From an uncultured Planctomycetia bacterium (GTDB lineage: Bacteria; Planctomycetota; MHYJ01; WSZJ01): a stretch of 64,000 nucleotides of DNA. Under the pieces are notes generated by a model. The model made no database searches. It saw only the letters and a list, made by a program, of their open reading frames with translations, and was not told the DNA's origin. Location: assembly GCA_963706735.1 (NCBI GenBank), contig CAVPNQ010000072.1, positions 4,932-68,931 on the forward strand, read 5' to 3'. How positions within the stretch are numbered: position 1 is the first letter of the stretch; each line of letters opens with the position of its first letter. The translations under genes and the position numbers were made by a program. Shown here piece after piece: positions 46,104 to 55,022 of this stretch.

Positions 46104-49100
46104 CTAACCTCTGGTGACCTTGCCCTGCATGTACTTCTTCATGAAGTCGTTCTCGCCGCCTGGCGCGAACCCGCTGGCAGCCGGCGCCCACACGCCCACG
46201 CCGTTCAACCCGCCGTTTTCGGCCTTCGTAATCTTGACCAGCGTCTCCTTCGGCGTTGTGTTTACTGCGTGGTTGTCAGCTTCGCCGCCGAAGAGGAATC
46301 CCATGCGGGCCTTGGTCTTGTGGAAGAGCGAGTCGAGCTGGTGCATCGGCATGAGCCAGCCGCGTGTGACGGACTGCTGCGAGCCGTAACGGAAGCTCGA
46401 CTGGTAGCCGGTTCCCTCGGACTGCGCCCGTCCGTCTTCGCGCGACTCGTGCGCCTTGACCGACTTCTCCGTCGCAATGAAGGGCGCGTGTTTCATCATC
46501 ACGGCGCTATACGGGTAGGCGGCGTTGTACTTCGCCCGCAGCATGAGCCTCCCGACCTTGTAGTGCGGGTCATCCGGTTTCCACCCGATATACGGACGAT
46601 CCGCGGGATTCGCATCGACGTACACGTAGTCCCCGTCCGCGATCCCCATGTCCTTCGCAGCCGCCGGGTTGATGTGAATCTGGTGCTCACCCACCCCCGC
46701 CTGGCGCTTGTCGCGCCGGTACGGGTCGCCGAACTGGTTGTTCCAGATGAACTGCCAGTCCGTGACCTGCCACTGCGAGTGCGTCGAGTGCCGCGACTTC
46801 GGTGTAATGCAGTAGAACTTGAAGCCCGCTTCCCAGAGCGGGTTCTTCGTGTTCTTCACCTCGCTCCAAGGTTTCTTGATGTTGCGAACCTGCCGCTCCT
46901 CGACCCCCATGGCGTCCTCCGGGATGCCATAGGACTCCGGGCGGACCCAGGGGTTCGAACTCACGATCACGTTCGGCAGGTACGGCGTCGCTTCCGGCCC
47001 CTCGCGATGGACGATGAAGTTCTCGCCGTACTCGATGACCTCGTCCTCATCGTTGTACGACTGCAGCCGGCCCGTGGGGGTGTAGAAGGGGAGGTTGTCC
47101 TTGATCTGCTCATAGAACGGAACCCGCGGGTACGTCCGGAACAGGAAGAGCGCCGCCCCGGGTTCGCCGTATTTTCCGTCGTTGATGTCCTTGACCTTGT
47201 AGCCGCGCGTCGTCGTCGAGGCGTCCAGCAGGCGCTGGATATAGACCTCCGTCTTCCCCTCGTGCGTGAACTTCCAGAGATCCGTGAGACGCGGTTCCCC
47301 GATCAGCTCGCCGACGGCTTTCGAGGCATTCGCCAGGATCACCGGGTCGTCCATCGTGTCGTATACCGGCTTGATCCCGCGCCCCCAGATCTGCAGGAAC
47401 GGGTTCGAACACGACCCCGTCACCTCGTACTGCTGGAACTCCATCCAGCAGTTCGCCGCAAACACCAGGTCGCTGTACTCGACGCTCGAAGTCATCTCGA
47501 TGTCCGTCGAACAGATCATCTCGATCTTCGTGTTCGTCTTCATCAACATCTGGTAGGCCCACTTCGCGTTATTGAAGAGATTCACGTTGGTGAACCAGAG
47601 GAACTTGGTCGGCGTGGGCATGTGCGACTTCCCTGTGAAGCACTTGTGTCCCTTGCCGGGCGTCTCGACCAGGAGAGGCTTGTCGTCGTAGTTCCAGTAG
47701 GCCGGCTCTTCATCCTGTGTGAAGGCGTGGGCATGGATGTCTTTGCCGTCTGCGTTCTCGTCCAGGTTCAGGTGCCAGGGATCTTCCGCGACCCAGCCCT
47801 TGAAGCCGGGGCCTGTCCACGTGGAGCCCTGGAACAGCGCGGCCTTGTAGTTGCCGGCCCACGTGTGGGAACCGGCGCCCGGAAGACCGATGTTTCCCGT
47901 CAGCATGAGCGGCAGGTAGCTCGCCCGGTTCGCTTCCGTCGCGTGGAACCAGTGGTTGATTCCTTCACCCTGGTGGATCGCGACCGGCTTGATCGTCGCG
48001 ATGTCGTCCGTCAGCCGGCGGATCAGTTCCTTCGGGGCGCGCGTGATCTCGTGAACTGTGTCGAGGTCGTAGTCCTTCAGGTGGATGTTCTTGTAGAGGT
48101 CGAAAAGCGGACGAACGACGATTTCCTTCCCGTCCACCGTCTTCACCTTGAACGTGCCCTTGAGCGCCGCATCCAGGCCGAGGCTGTCGAAGAGCCCGCC
48201 GACGGCGTCCCGCGTCACCACCTTCGGCCCGTTCGTCTTCGTGTCCCAGACCATGAAGTCGCCGATGCGGTCCCGCTGTTCCTTCGTCATGCCGTGGATC
48301 TGGAAGGATGCCCCCGCGGACAGGTCCGGCGCCGCGTAGCCCTTGATCACGTCCTTCGCCTGCAGTCGCTTGAGGTTGTCCTCGCGCACGAGCAGGGGGA
48401 AATCCGTGAAGCGCTTCACGAAGTCCGCGTCGTATTTGTTCTCGTCCATCATGAGCTTCGTGATGCCGAGGAGGAGCGCCGTGTCGCTGTTCGGGCGGAT
48501 CGGGATCCAGTAGTCGGCCTTGGACGCCGGCGGCGAGTACTCCGGCGTGATGACGACGATTTTGGCGCCGCGCTCCATGCACTCCGTGAAGAAGTGATTG
48601 TCGGCGCGCTTGTTCTCGATGAGGTTCTTGCCCATCTGGATATGGAGCTTGGAGTACCGGAAATCGTTCAGGTCGCAGTCCGAGGCCTGAAGTCCGTGTA
48701 CGAACGGGTGGCCGGGGGCCTGGTCGCCGTGCCAGGTGTAGTTCGACCAGATGCGCGAGCCCTTCGCATCATGCTCCCCGACGCCGCGGATCTTGGCATC
48801 GGCGAGGGCGAGGCCCTGGCCGAAGCGGTACATGCCGTATTTGCCCATGACGCCGAGGAGGCCCATGCCGCCGCGGACCTTGCAGACGCGGGCGCCGGAA
48901 TTCTCGTGGTAGAGGAGCATTTCCTCGGGGTAGCCCTCGTCGACCAGGCGCTTGCGCCCCTGCTCCCCCGAGTACTTCTTCATGATGTGGACGACGCCCT
49001 TCGCCAGGTACTTGAACGCGTCGTCCCAGGCGATCTTCACGAGCTCGTCCGTCCCGCGCGAGTCGAACTTGTACTTCTTGTGGTTGTCGGGGGTGAGCTC

Positions 49101-49544
49101 GGGGAAGCCGTCGTCGGCCCACTGCTTCCACATTTTGCGGATCATGGGGTAGCGGAGGCGGTACGGGCCGTACATGCGGCGCTGCATCGTGAACCCGTTG
49201 GAGCAGCCACGCGGGTTCCAGTTGACCGTGGCCTTGTTGCCGTAGAGGTCGCCGACGCGCCCGCTGTCGTAGTTCTGCTCGCTGCGGAGCACGACGCCAT
49301 TGCGGACGTACGCTCTCATGCGGCACGAGTGCGTGCAGTTCGGGGAGCACACCCAGGCGAAGCTCGAGTCGTACCGATACTGTTCGCGGTACACCTCTTC
49401 CCAGTCGCGCGCCGGGTAGGCCGCCAGCGGGTCGACGTCGGGAAACGGTTCGAAAGCCCCGAGCCTCAGGCCGCCCGAGGCCAGCCACGCGGCGCTTCCC
49501 GCAATTCCTGCGGACTTCAGGAAGTCGCGACGGTTAATGGCCAT
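46104..49544 (-). CDS. Molybdopterin (bis-MGD) catalytic alpha subunit of a periplasmic type II DMSO-reductase-family enzyme (NxrA/NarG-like, 1146 aa from the Tat-signal Met)
   Basis: Twin-arginine signal MAINRRDFLKSAGIAGSAAWLASG. NarG/NxrA-like N-terminus …WEEVYREQYRYDSSFAWVCSPNCTHSCRMRAYVRNGVV… with a C-x3-C-x3-C FS0-type motif. Size matches Nitrospira/Kuenenia NxrA (~1146 aa). Confidence 0.9.
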   Translation of the reverse strand: MAINRRDFLKSAGIAGSAAWLASGGLRLGAFEPFPDVDPLAAYPARDWEEVYREQYRYDSSFAWVCSPNCTHSCRMRAYVRNGVVLRSEQNYDSGRVGDLYGNKATVNWNPRGCSNGFTMQRRMYGPYRLRYPMIRKMWKQWADDGFPELTPDNHKKYKFDSRGTDELVKIAWDDAFKYLAKGVVHIMKKYSGEQGRKRLVDEGYPEEMLLYHENSGARVCKVRGGMGLLGVMGKYGMYRFGQGLALADAKIRGVGEHDAKGSRIWSNYTWHGDQAPGHPFVHGLQASDCDLNDFRYSKLHIQMGKNLIENKRADNHFFTECMERGAKIVVITPEYSPPASKADYWIPIRPNSDTALLLGITKLMMDENKYDADFVKRFTDFPLLVREDNLKRLQAKDVIKGYAAPDLSAGASFQIHGMTKEQRDRIGDFMVWDTKTNGPKVVTRDAVGGLFDSLGLDAALKGTFKVKTVDGKEIVVRPLFDLYKNIHLKDYDLDTVHEITRAPKELIRRLTDDIATIKPVAIHQGEGINHWFHATEANRASYLPLMLTGNIGLPGAGSHTWAGNYKAALFQGSTWTGPGFKGWVAEDPWHLNLDENADGKDIHAHAFTQDEEPAYWNYDDKPLLVETPGKGHKCFTGKSHMPTPTKFLWFTNVNLFNNAKWAYQMLMKTNTKIEMICSTDIEMTSSVEYSDLVFAANCWMEFQQYEVTGSCSNPFLQIWGRGIKPVYDTMDDPVILANASKAVGELIGEPRLTDLWKFTHEGKTEVYIQRLLDASTTTRGYKVKDINDGKYGEPGAALFLFRTYPRVPFYEQIKDNLPFYTPTGRLQSYNDEDEVIEYGENFIVHREGPEATPYLPNVIVSSNPWVRPESYGIPEDAMGVEERQVRNIKKPWSEVKNTKNPLWEAGFKFYCITPKSRHSTHSQWQVTDWQFIWNNQFGDPYRRDKRQAGVGEHQIHINPAAAKDMGIADGDYVYVDANPADRPYIGWKPDDPHYKVGRLMLRAKYNAAYPYSAVMMKHAPFIATEKSVKAHESREDGRAQSEGTGYQSSFRYGSQQSVTRGWLMPMHQLDSLFHKTKARMGFLFGGEADNHAVNTTPKETLVKITKAENGGLNGVGVWAPAASGFAPGGENDFMKKYMQGKVTRG

Positions 49545-50517
49545 GAATGCCCTCCTGAACCAGGTTGGAAGAGCGGGTCGCCACGGTCGGCGCGAACCGC
49601 GTGCGGAAGACGTAGGAGTCGAGGCACTGGCGGCACGCGCCATCGGCCGTATTCCAGGTCGGGGAATCCGCCTGGACCATGGCGAGGGTGGTGGCGGGAA
49701 GAGCGGCGGGGTTCTCGTGCCACTCGAAAGTGGGGAAGCTGCAGAGCGGGCAGAGGGATCCCGGGCCGCGCGGGCTCTCGTCCTGCCGGATCCCCGAGAA
49801 ACGAAGGAGTTTCCTGGGATCGAGGGCCAGTTCGATGAGCTGCGGCCAGGTCGCCTCGGGTGTTTCCCAGAGCCGGGTCAGGATGCGGTCGCGAGTGGCA
49901 GGGGGAAAGCCAGGGTAATTCCGCATGACCATCGTGCCCCATTCCTCGAGCGTCGCCGCGCCGAGCTTTCCCGAACGGGCGATGGCGCCGGCGGCGACGA
50001 GGTTCCAGAGGAGGCGGAGACGGGCCCGGACGAGATTCTCTTCGGCTGGCCGAGAGGCGATCCGGCCGAGCGCGCGGTAGACGAAGGCGGGCCGGAGCAT
50101 GTCCTCGACGTGGCGGAGCTCGTGGCGCAGGAATCCGGCGAGCGCGACTGGATCGTCGAACCGCTGGACGCGGATGCGAATGCGAACGTGAGGCTTGCCT
50201 CCGTCGCGCACGAGAAGGTCTGCCTCCTCGTCCGTCGCCGCCGCGCCGCGGTCGAGAATCAGCTCGTCAATCTGCGGTGCAATCGACGGGTAATCGGCGA
50301 CGGCGGTCTCGATCGGCCGGGCCAGGCCAAGGTGCCGGAAGAAAACGGCGTGGGCGTCGCGGAAGCGCGCCTCGCGCTCGGTGCCCTGGAGCGAGTAGAT
50401 CGGGTCGGACACGGCGTGCAGGTCTCGGGACGACGAAGCGTCCCCGGCGGCTTCGCGGCGAAGCACCTCGCGCGCGACCGCTTCTTCGAGCAACTCGGGG
50501 GCGAATCGAAGTTCCAC
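49537..50517 (-). CDS. Hypothetical protein (327 aa) with C-terminal CxxC…CxxC zinc-ribbon, encoded between the gamma and alpha subunits
   Basis: …CPLCSFPTFEWHE…ACRQCLDSY…. Stop abuts the alpha start. Confidence 0.55.
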
Positions 50518-50529
50518 GTTTGATCTCCC

Positions 50530-52185
50530 TTATTTCAGGATGAGCCGATACCAGGTTGTGACGGACTTCTGGCCGGCACGGTCGCCCGCGGCGCCGTCCC
50601 ATACGGCGAAGGCCATCGGGATTTCCGTCCCCGCCTTCAAGGCGATGCAGCACGGGTCCGGCGGAGCGAAGGATCGGCCCATCTGCACCGTCCAGAGCCC
50701 TTCCTTCCAGGCGCCTTTGCCGGTGACCGACTGCTTGTCCGCCGCGAGGCTCGTGAGCGTGCCGAAGCCCGCCGCGACCGCGTCCTCGACGGGGGACTTG
50801 CGGTCGGGGTTGGAGAACGGATTGCCCGCGGCGCGCCCCGACTGGTACGCGGGGTCGTGGTTCGGCATCGCCGAAGGGTTGTTCCCCTTGTTCTCGTTCG
50901 TCCTGTCGCCCTTCTCGAACGGGTACATCTCCACCGACATCCCGGGGTGAATCCCCTCGACGTCCTGCCACTTCGCGAGGTCGATCTGCCAGTCCGCTTT
51001 CCACTGCCACAGGTTTACCGGCATCTTGGCCGAGCCCATCGTGACCGGCGTGTCGATCCCTTCGAGCGCAAACATCAGGGCGACGGCATCGCGGAAGTCC
51101 TCGGCGCGGAGCGGCGCGTGATTGTCGGCGCCGTCGAGCCAGGAGAGCTGGAACGCCACGGCGCTTCCGTCGTGCGCGGCCCGGACTTTCAGGAGGCGCG
51201 GCGCGGCGATGCGGCTGAAGAGCAGCTGGAGCGGCACCTCGACGGCCGGAATCGCGTCCCATGCGGGATCGGTCGGGTCCTTGGGAAGAGCCGCGACCTT
51301 CGTGGCGGGGAGCTGGCTTCCCGACGGAAGTGCGGCGGCGAAGTGCTTCGGCGCGTCGCCCGAGAGGCTCATGACGTAGTGAACGAGGCCCCAGCGTTCC
51401 TTGTCGGACATCTGGTCGGGGCCGTAAGCGGGCATCGGCGTGCCGGAGAGACCCGTGGCAAAGCGGAGGTAGACGTCCTTGGGGGTCGAGCCGCCGCGGA
51501 AGATACCCTGCGTGAAATCGTTCGGGCGGATCGGCTGGTCCGCGTCGTCCTTGAGATCGGCGGCCGAGGGGCCGTCAGCCCGGCCGGTTTCGCCGTGGCA
51601 CTTGACGCAGCTCATCTTGATGTACATGTCCTTGCCGATGGCGCGGGACTTGTCGTCATCGGCCGGCTCAGCGGGGACGGCGAGCGACTTGCCCTGGCCG
51701 CGCTCTTTGAAGTAGTTGTAGGGCGCGTCCATGTCCGGGTCCTGGAACTGGCTGAGATCCTTGATGTAGGCGATGAGCGCCTTGCGGTCGGCTTCGGGGA
51801 AGTGTCGCCAGGCCGGCATCGCTGTGCCCGGCATGCCGTTTACGAGAACGGCCATGATGTCTTCGTCGGTGGGGAGAGCCCCGCTCTCGGTTGAGCGGAT
51901 CTTGAACTTGCCTTTGGAGAAGTCGCGTGGGCGGGGCCAGAGAAGGTAGGCCGCCGTGCCGTCGCCGAGGCCCTTGAGCCCGTGGCAGACGGCGCAATTG
52001 GCCTCGAAGAGGAATTTGCCGGTGGCGTTCGCGTCGCCGCCCGGGTCGCCGCCGGCCCCATCACCACCGAGCGCCGACGGGACCGTTTTTTGCGGATCCC
52101 GAGGCTGGCAGGCGGACAGAGTGACGATGCAGAGAGCGCAGGCGGCGAAGGCCGCCAGTTTCCAGGCGTGAGTTCGACAGGGCAT
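50530..52185 (-). CDS. Lipoprotein diheme cytochrome c fused to an EB_dh-type heme-b domain (candidate gamma subunit of the oxidoreductase)
   Basis: Lipoprotein signal MPCRTHAWKLAAFAACALCIVTLSAC. Two CxxCH motifs (CAVCHG, CVKCHG). C-terminal ~250 aa resembles the ethylbenzene-dehydrogenase gamma / DOMON-like heme-b domain (…AFAVWDGAAGDRAGQKSVTTWYRL…). Confidence 0.75.
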   Translation of the reverse strand: MPCRTHAWKLAAFAACALCIVTLSACQPRDPQKTVPSALGGDGAGGDPGGDANATGKFLFEANCAVCHGLKGLGDGTAAYLLWPRPRDFSKGKFKIRSTESGALPTDEDIMAVLVNGMPGTAMPAWRHFPEADRKALIAYIKDLSQFQDPDMDAPYNYFKERGQGKSLAVPAEPADDDKSRAIGKDMYIKMSCVKCHGETGRADGPSAADLKDDADQPIRPNDFTQGIFRGGSTPKDVYLRFATGLSGTPMPAYGPDQMSDKERWGLVHYVMSLSGDAPKHFAAALPSGSQLPATKVAALPKDPTDPAWDAIPAVEVPLQLLFSRIAAPRLLKVRAAHDGSAVAFQLSWLDGADNHAPLRAEDFRDAVALMFALEGIDTPVTMGSAKMPVNLWQWKADWQIDLAKWQDVEGIHPGMSVEMYPFEKGDRTNENKGNNPSAMPNHDPAYQSGRAAGNPFSNPDRKSPVEDAVAAGFGTLTSLAADKQSVTGKGAWKEGLWTVQMGRSFAPPDPCCIALKAGTEIPMAFAVWDGAAGDRAGQKSVTTWYRLILK

Positions 52186-52246
52186 GCAGTGCCTCCTCGG
52201 GTAGTCCCTCGCGCCGCCGGGCGCGAACGGGACTCGAGCGCTGTGC

Positions 52247-52263
52247 GCAAACTTCGCACCCGC
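52247..52263 (-). promoter_or_regulatory. Possible sigma54-type promoter for the oxidoreductase operon
   Basis: Minus strand gGGtgcgaagtTTGCg shows GG/GC at the 12-nt spacing. The start codon is ~62 nt downstream. Weak -24 region. Confidence 0.3.
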
Positions 52264-52333
52264 TGAAATCATCGAATTCGAATAACGGACAGGGAAGTCC
52301 GTGGCAATTCGCGCTGGAGGTGCGCGAATTTAC

Positions 52334-52346
52334 TTAATGTCATTAA
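52334..52346. promoter_or_regulatory. AT-rich perfect palindrome TTAATG-T-CATTAA, flanked by GCGAATTCGC palindromes, in the divergent control region
   Basis: Read directly. The only strongly AT-rich patch in the region. Lies between the two divergent operons. Confidence 0.4.
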
Positions 52347-52668
52347 CTAAAGCGCTGTGCGAATTCGCGGCGCTTCGCGGAAATAACCAGCCTGTCCCCG
52401 ACCCCAACGCAGCCTTTCAAAAAAAAATAGCCCGGCGCCCCCGACCGGCGGGATCGGAAGCGCAGGGCCGGGCGGGAGGTCCCGCCCACGACTTTCCCCG
52501 GCCCGGAGGCCAGGGAGGGGTACCGAGGGCAATCCCGACGCCAACGCAAATCCAGTTCCCCGGCTCCTACGCTTGAAGGCGCTCTCAATACTGGGAAATT
52601 TTCCGCGCCCACTGCGGACAGCTCCATGCCGTTCTTCTCGAATCCACCTTTCTGTCGCGTGTGACCCG

Positions 52669-52684
52669 TGGTCCCTCGTTTGCG
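52669..52684 (+). promoter_or_regulatory. Possible sigma54-type promoter for the cupredoxin/oxidase operon
   Basis: tGGtccctcgtTTGCg shows GG/GC at the 12-nt spacing. The -12 GC lies ~50 nt upstream of the ATG at 52734. Confidence 0.35.
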
Positions 52685-52733
52685 GGACTGCCTTCGTCCT
52701 TTTCCTCGCTCGTTCCATTTCCGGAGCTGCGTG

Positions 52734-53501
52734 ATGCCACTCAAGTTCCTCGCTGTATCCCTCGCACTGCTCGCGGCCGCCGGATGCGGCGCCCCGGCTT
52801 CCCAAGGCGGTCCTGCTTCGCCGCAAGGTTCGAAAGGCGGCGACTTCCTGTGCGATGGAAGTGCCGGGGGGAGTGCGATCAAGGGCAAGATCACCTTCGA
52901 GGGTCCCGTGCCCGAGCCCAGGAAACTGGTTGTGGACAGCGACGCCCTCTGCGCTTCCCTCCACAAGGACGGACTGCTGGCCGAGGACATCAAGGTGAAG
53001 GACGGCGCGCTCGCGAACGTCTTCCTGTGGGTCAAGAAGGGCGTGACGGGGAGCTATCCCGCGCCCGCGGAAGCAAAGATCCTCACCCAGAAGGCCTGCC
53101 GTTACGAACCGCACGTCCTCGGCGTGCAGGTCGGGCAGCCGCTCGCGATCCACAACGAAGACGAGACGATGCACAACGTGCATTCGCTTCCGAAGCTGAA
53201 CGAAGAATTCAACTTTGCGCAGACGAAGAAGGGCGACGTCGCGACGAAGAAGTTCAGCTCGGCGGAGACGATGGTGAAGTTCAAGTGCGACGCGCACGGC
53301 TGGATGAGCGCCTGGGTCGGGGTGGTGAAGCATCCGTTTTATGCGGTGAGCGCCGAGGACGGGACGTTCGAGATCAAGGGGTTGCCGGCGGGCGAGTACG
53401 TGCTGGGCGCGTGGCACGAGAAGTTCAGGGCGCAGGAACTCACGCTCAAGGTCGGGGACAAGGACACGCAGACCGCGAACTTCACGTTCAAGGCCGAGTA
53501 G
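52734..53501 (+). CDS. Cupredoxin-like (amicyanin-type C-x2-H-x2-M) copper lipoprotein, copy 1
   Basis: Lipobox LAAAGCG. Ligand set H(NVH)…38 aa…CDAHGWM. C-terminal beta-sandwich extension. 50-55% identity to copy 2. Confidence 0.7.
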   Translation: MPLKFLAVSLALLAAAGCGAPASQGGPASPQGSKGGDFLCDGSAGGSAIKGKITFEGPVPEPRKLVVDSDALCASLHKDGLLAEDIKVKDGALANVFLWVKKGVTGSYPAPAEAKILTQKACRYEPHVLGVQVGQPLAIHNEDETMHNVHSLPKLNEEFNFAQTKKGDVATKKFSSAETMVKFKCDAHGWMSAWVGVVKHPFYAVSAEDGTFEIKGLPAGEYVLGAWHEKFRAQELTLKVGDKDTQTANFTFKAE

Positions 53502-53555
53502 GCCATTCCCTGGGAATCAGCCGGGGAATCCCGGCGCATTGCGAGGAGACCGGAA

Positions 53556-53852
53556 ATGTCGGGACACGCGCAGTCGGCGGCGCCTGCAGCGCACGGAGCG
53601 TCCAGCTACAAGACCTACTGGTTTGCGTGGCTGCTGCTCCTCATCCTGACGGTGCTCATGGTGCAGATTCACAACAAGGCCCTGTTGCTCACCGGCATCG
53701 GGATCAAGTCCACGATCATCTGCCTGTGGTTCATGCACCTGAAGCACGAGTCGAAGCTGCTTCTGTTCAGCGTGGCGCTCGGATTCGGGTTCGCCGTGTT
53801 CCTGTTCTTCCTGATCCAATTTGACGTGAAGGTCCTGACGGGGATCGCGTAG
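53556..53852 (+). CDS. Prokaryotic cytochrome c oxidase subunit IV family protein, copy 1 (98 aa)
   Basis: …YKTYWFAWLLLLILTV…FMHLKHE…. Two TM helices. Paralog of the gene at 59093. Confidence 0.7.
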   Translation: MSGHAQSAAPAAHGASSYKTYWFAWLLLLILTVLMVQIHNKALLLTGIGIKSTIICLWFMHLKHESKLLLFSVALGFGFAVFLFFLIQFDVKVLTGIA

Positions 53853-54205
53853 CCCGGAATGCCCGGCGAACACCAGCCCGGCGGGGGTGCGGCATTGTGG
53901 TCGCCCCCGGAGCAGGATCAGCGGACCCGCGAGTCCGCCGAAGCGTTCGAAACGGCCGGAACTTCCGGCGCCGCTGACGCCGCAAGTCCCTTTGTCACCA
54001 AGGGGAACGGGCGTTTCCGCGCGCGGTGCGGCATCCTTCGCAACCCTTCGGTCCGTTATGGTCCCGGGTTTGCGATTTTTCCTTGCCGTTCCGAGGCGGA
54101 TGTTGTCTTGTGACCCGCCCGTAACCATGCGGCGGACCTCAAAAACCAGCGGCTCGGCTTGCCGGAAAGCACCGGGCTTTTCCCCATCCAAGGAGGACGA
54201 TTTTC

Positions 54206-55009
54206 ATGCTTAAGACACCTCTTCTCGTGGCCTCGATTGTCCTGAGCGCTCTGCTCGTGGCGGGCTGCGGCGACAGCAAGAAGCCCGATGCTAACGGCAA
54301 TACCGGTGCGGGTGGCGGCGGTGGCGAAGGCGGCGGCGGCGGCGGCGCGGTGAAGACGGCCGACATGGCCAATGGCGCGGTCGTCAAGGGCGTCATCAAG
54401 TTCGACGGCACTCCTCCGACCGAGAAGGCCCTCGGCATCGACGGCGACGACTTCTGCAAGGGCCAGCACCCGGAAGGCCTCAAGACCGAGTACTACAAGG
54501 TCAAGGACGGCAAGGTCGCCAACTGCCTCGTCTACGTGAAGGATGGCCTCTCCGGCAAGTACGCGCCGGTCAACCCCAGCCCGGTGATCGACCAGAAGGG
54601 CTGCCAGTACCTCCCGCACGTCATCGGCGTCGTTGCGGGCCAGGACGTCATCATCAAGAACAGTGACTCGATCGCGCACAACATCCATGCGCTTCCCAAG
54701 AAGAGCCAGGAGTTCAACTTCGCGCAGACGAAGGCCGGGGAAGAGACGAAGAAGTCGTTCTCGTCGGCGGAAGTGCCTGTGAAAGTGAAGTGCGACATTC
54801 ACGGCTGGATGGGCTGCGTGGTCGGGGTGTTCAACCACCCGTTCTTCGCGGTGACGGGGGAAGACGGCTCGTTTGAGATCAAGGGTCTTCCGGCCGGGAA
54901 GTACAAGCTCGAGGTCTACCACGAGAAGTTCGGGACGCAGACGGTGGATGTCGAGGTGAAGGAGAAGGAGACGAAGTCCGTCGATTTCCCGGCCCTGAAG
55001 AGCGAATAA
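54206..55009 (+). CDS. Cupredoxin-like copper lipoprotein, copy 2
   Basis: Lipobox LVAGCG. Gly-rich linker. H(NIH)…CDIHGWM ligand set. Confidence 0.7.
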   Translation: MLKTPLLVASIVLSALLVAGCGDSKKPDANGNTGAGGGGGEGGGGGGAVKTADMANGAVVKGVIKFDGTPPTEKALGIDGDDFCKGQHPEGLKTEYYKVKDGKVANCLVYVKDGLSGKYAPVNPSPVIDQKGCQYLPHVIGVVAGQDVIIKNSDSIAHNIHALPKKSQEFNFAQTKAGEETKKSFSSAEVPVKVKCDIHGWMGCVVGVFNHPFFAVTGEDGSFEIKGLPAGKYKLEVYHEKFGTQTVDVEVKEKETKSVDFPALKSE

Positions 55010-55022
55010 GCAGCGAGGATTC

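Noticed and set aside
45921-49838. 1305-aa plus-strand ORF antisense to the molybdopterin alpha subunit
   Set aside because: Shadow ORF. V/R/L/A-rich without motifs. The opposite frame has Tat signal and NarG/NxrA signatures.
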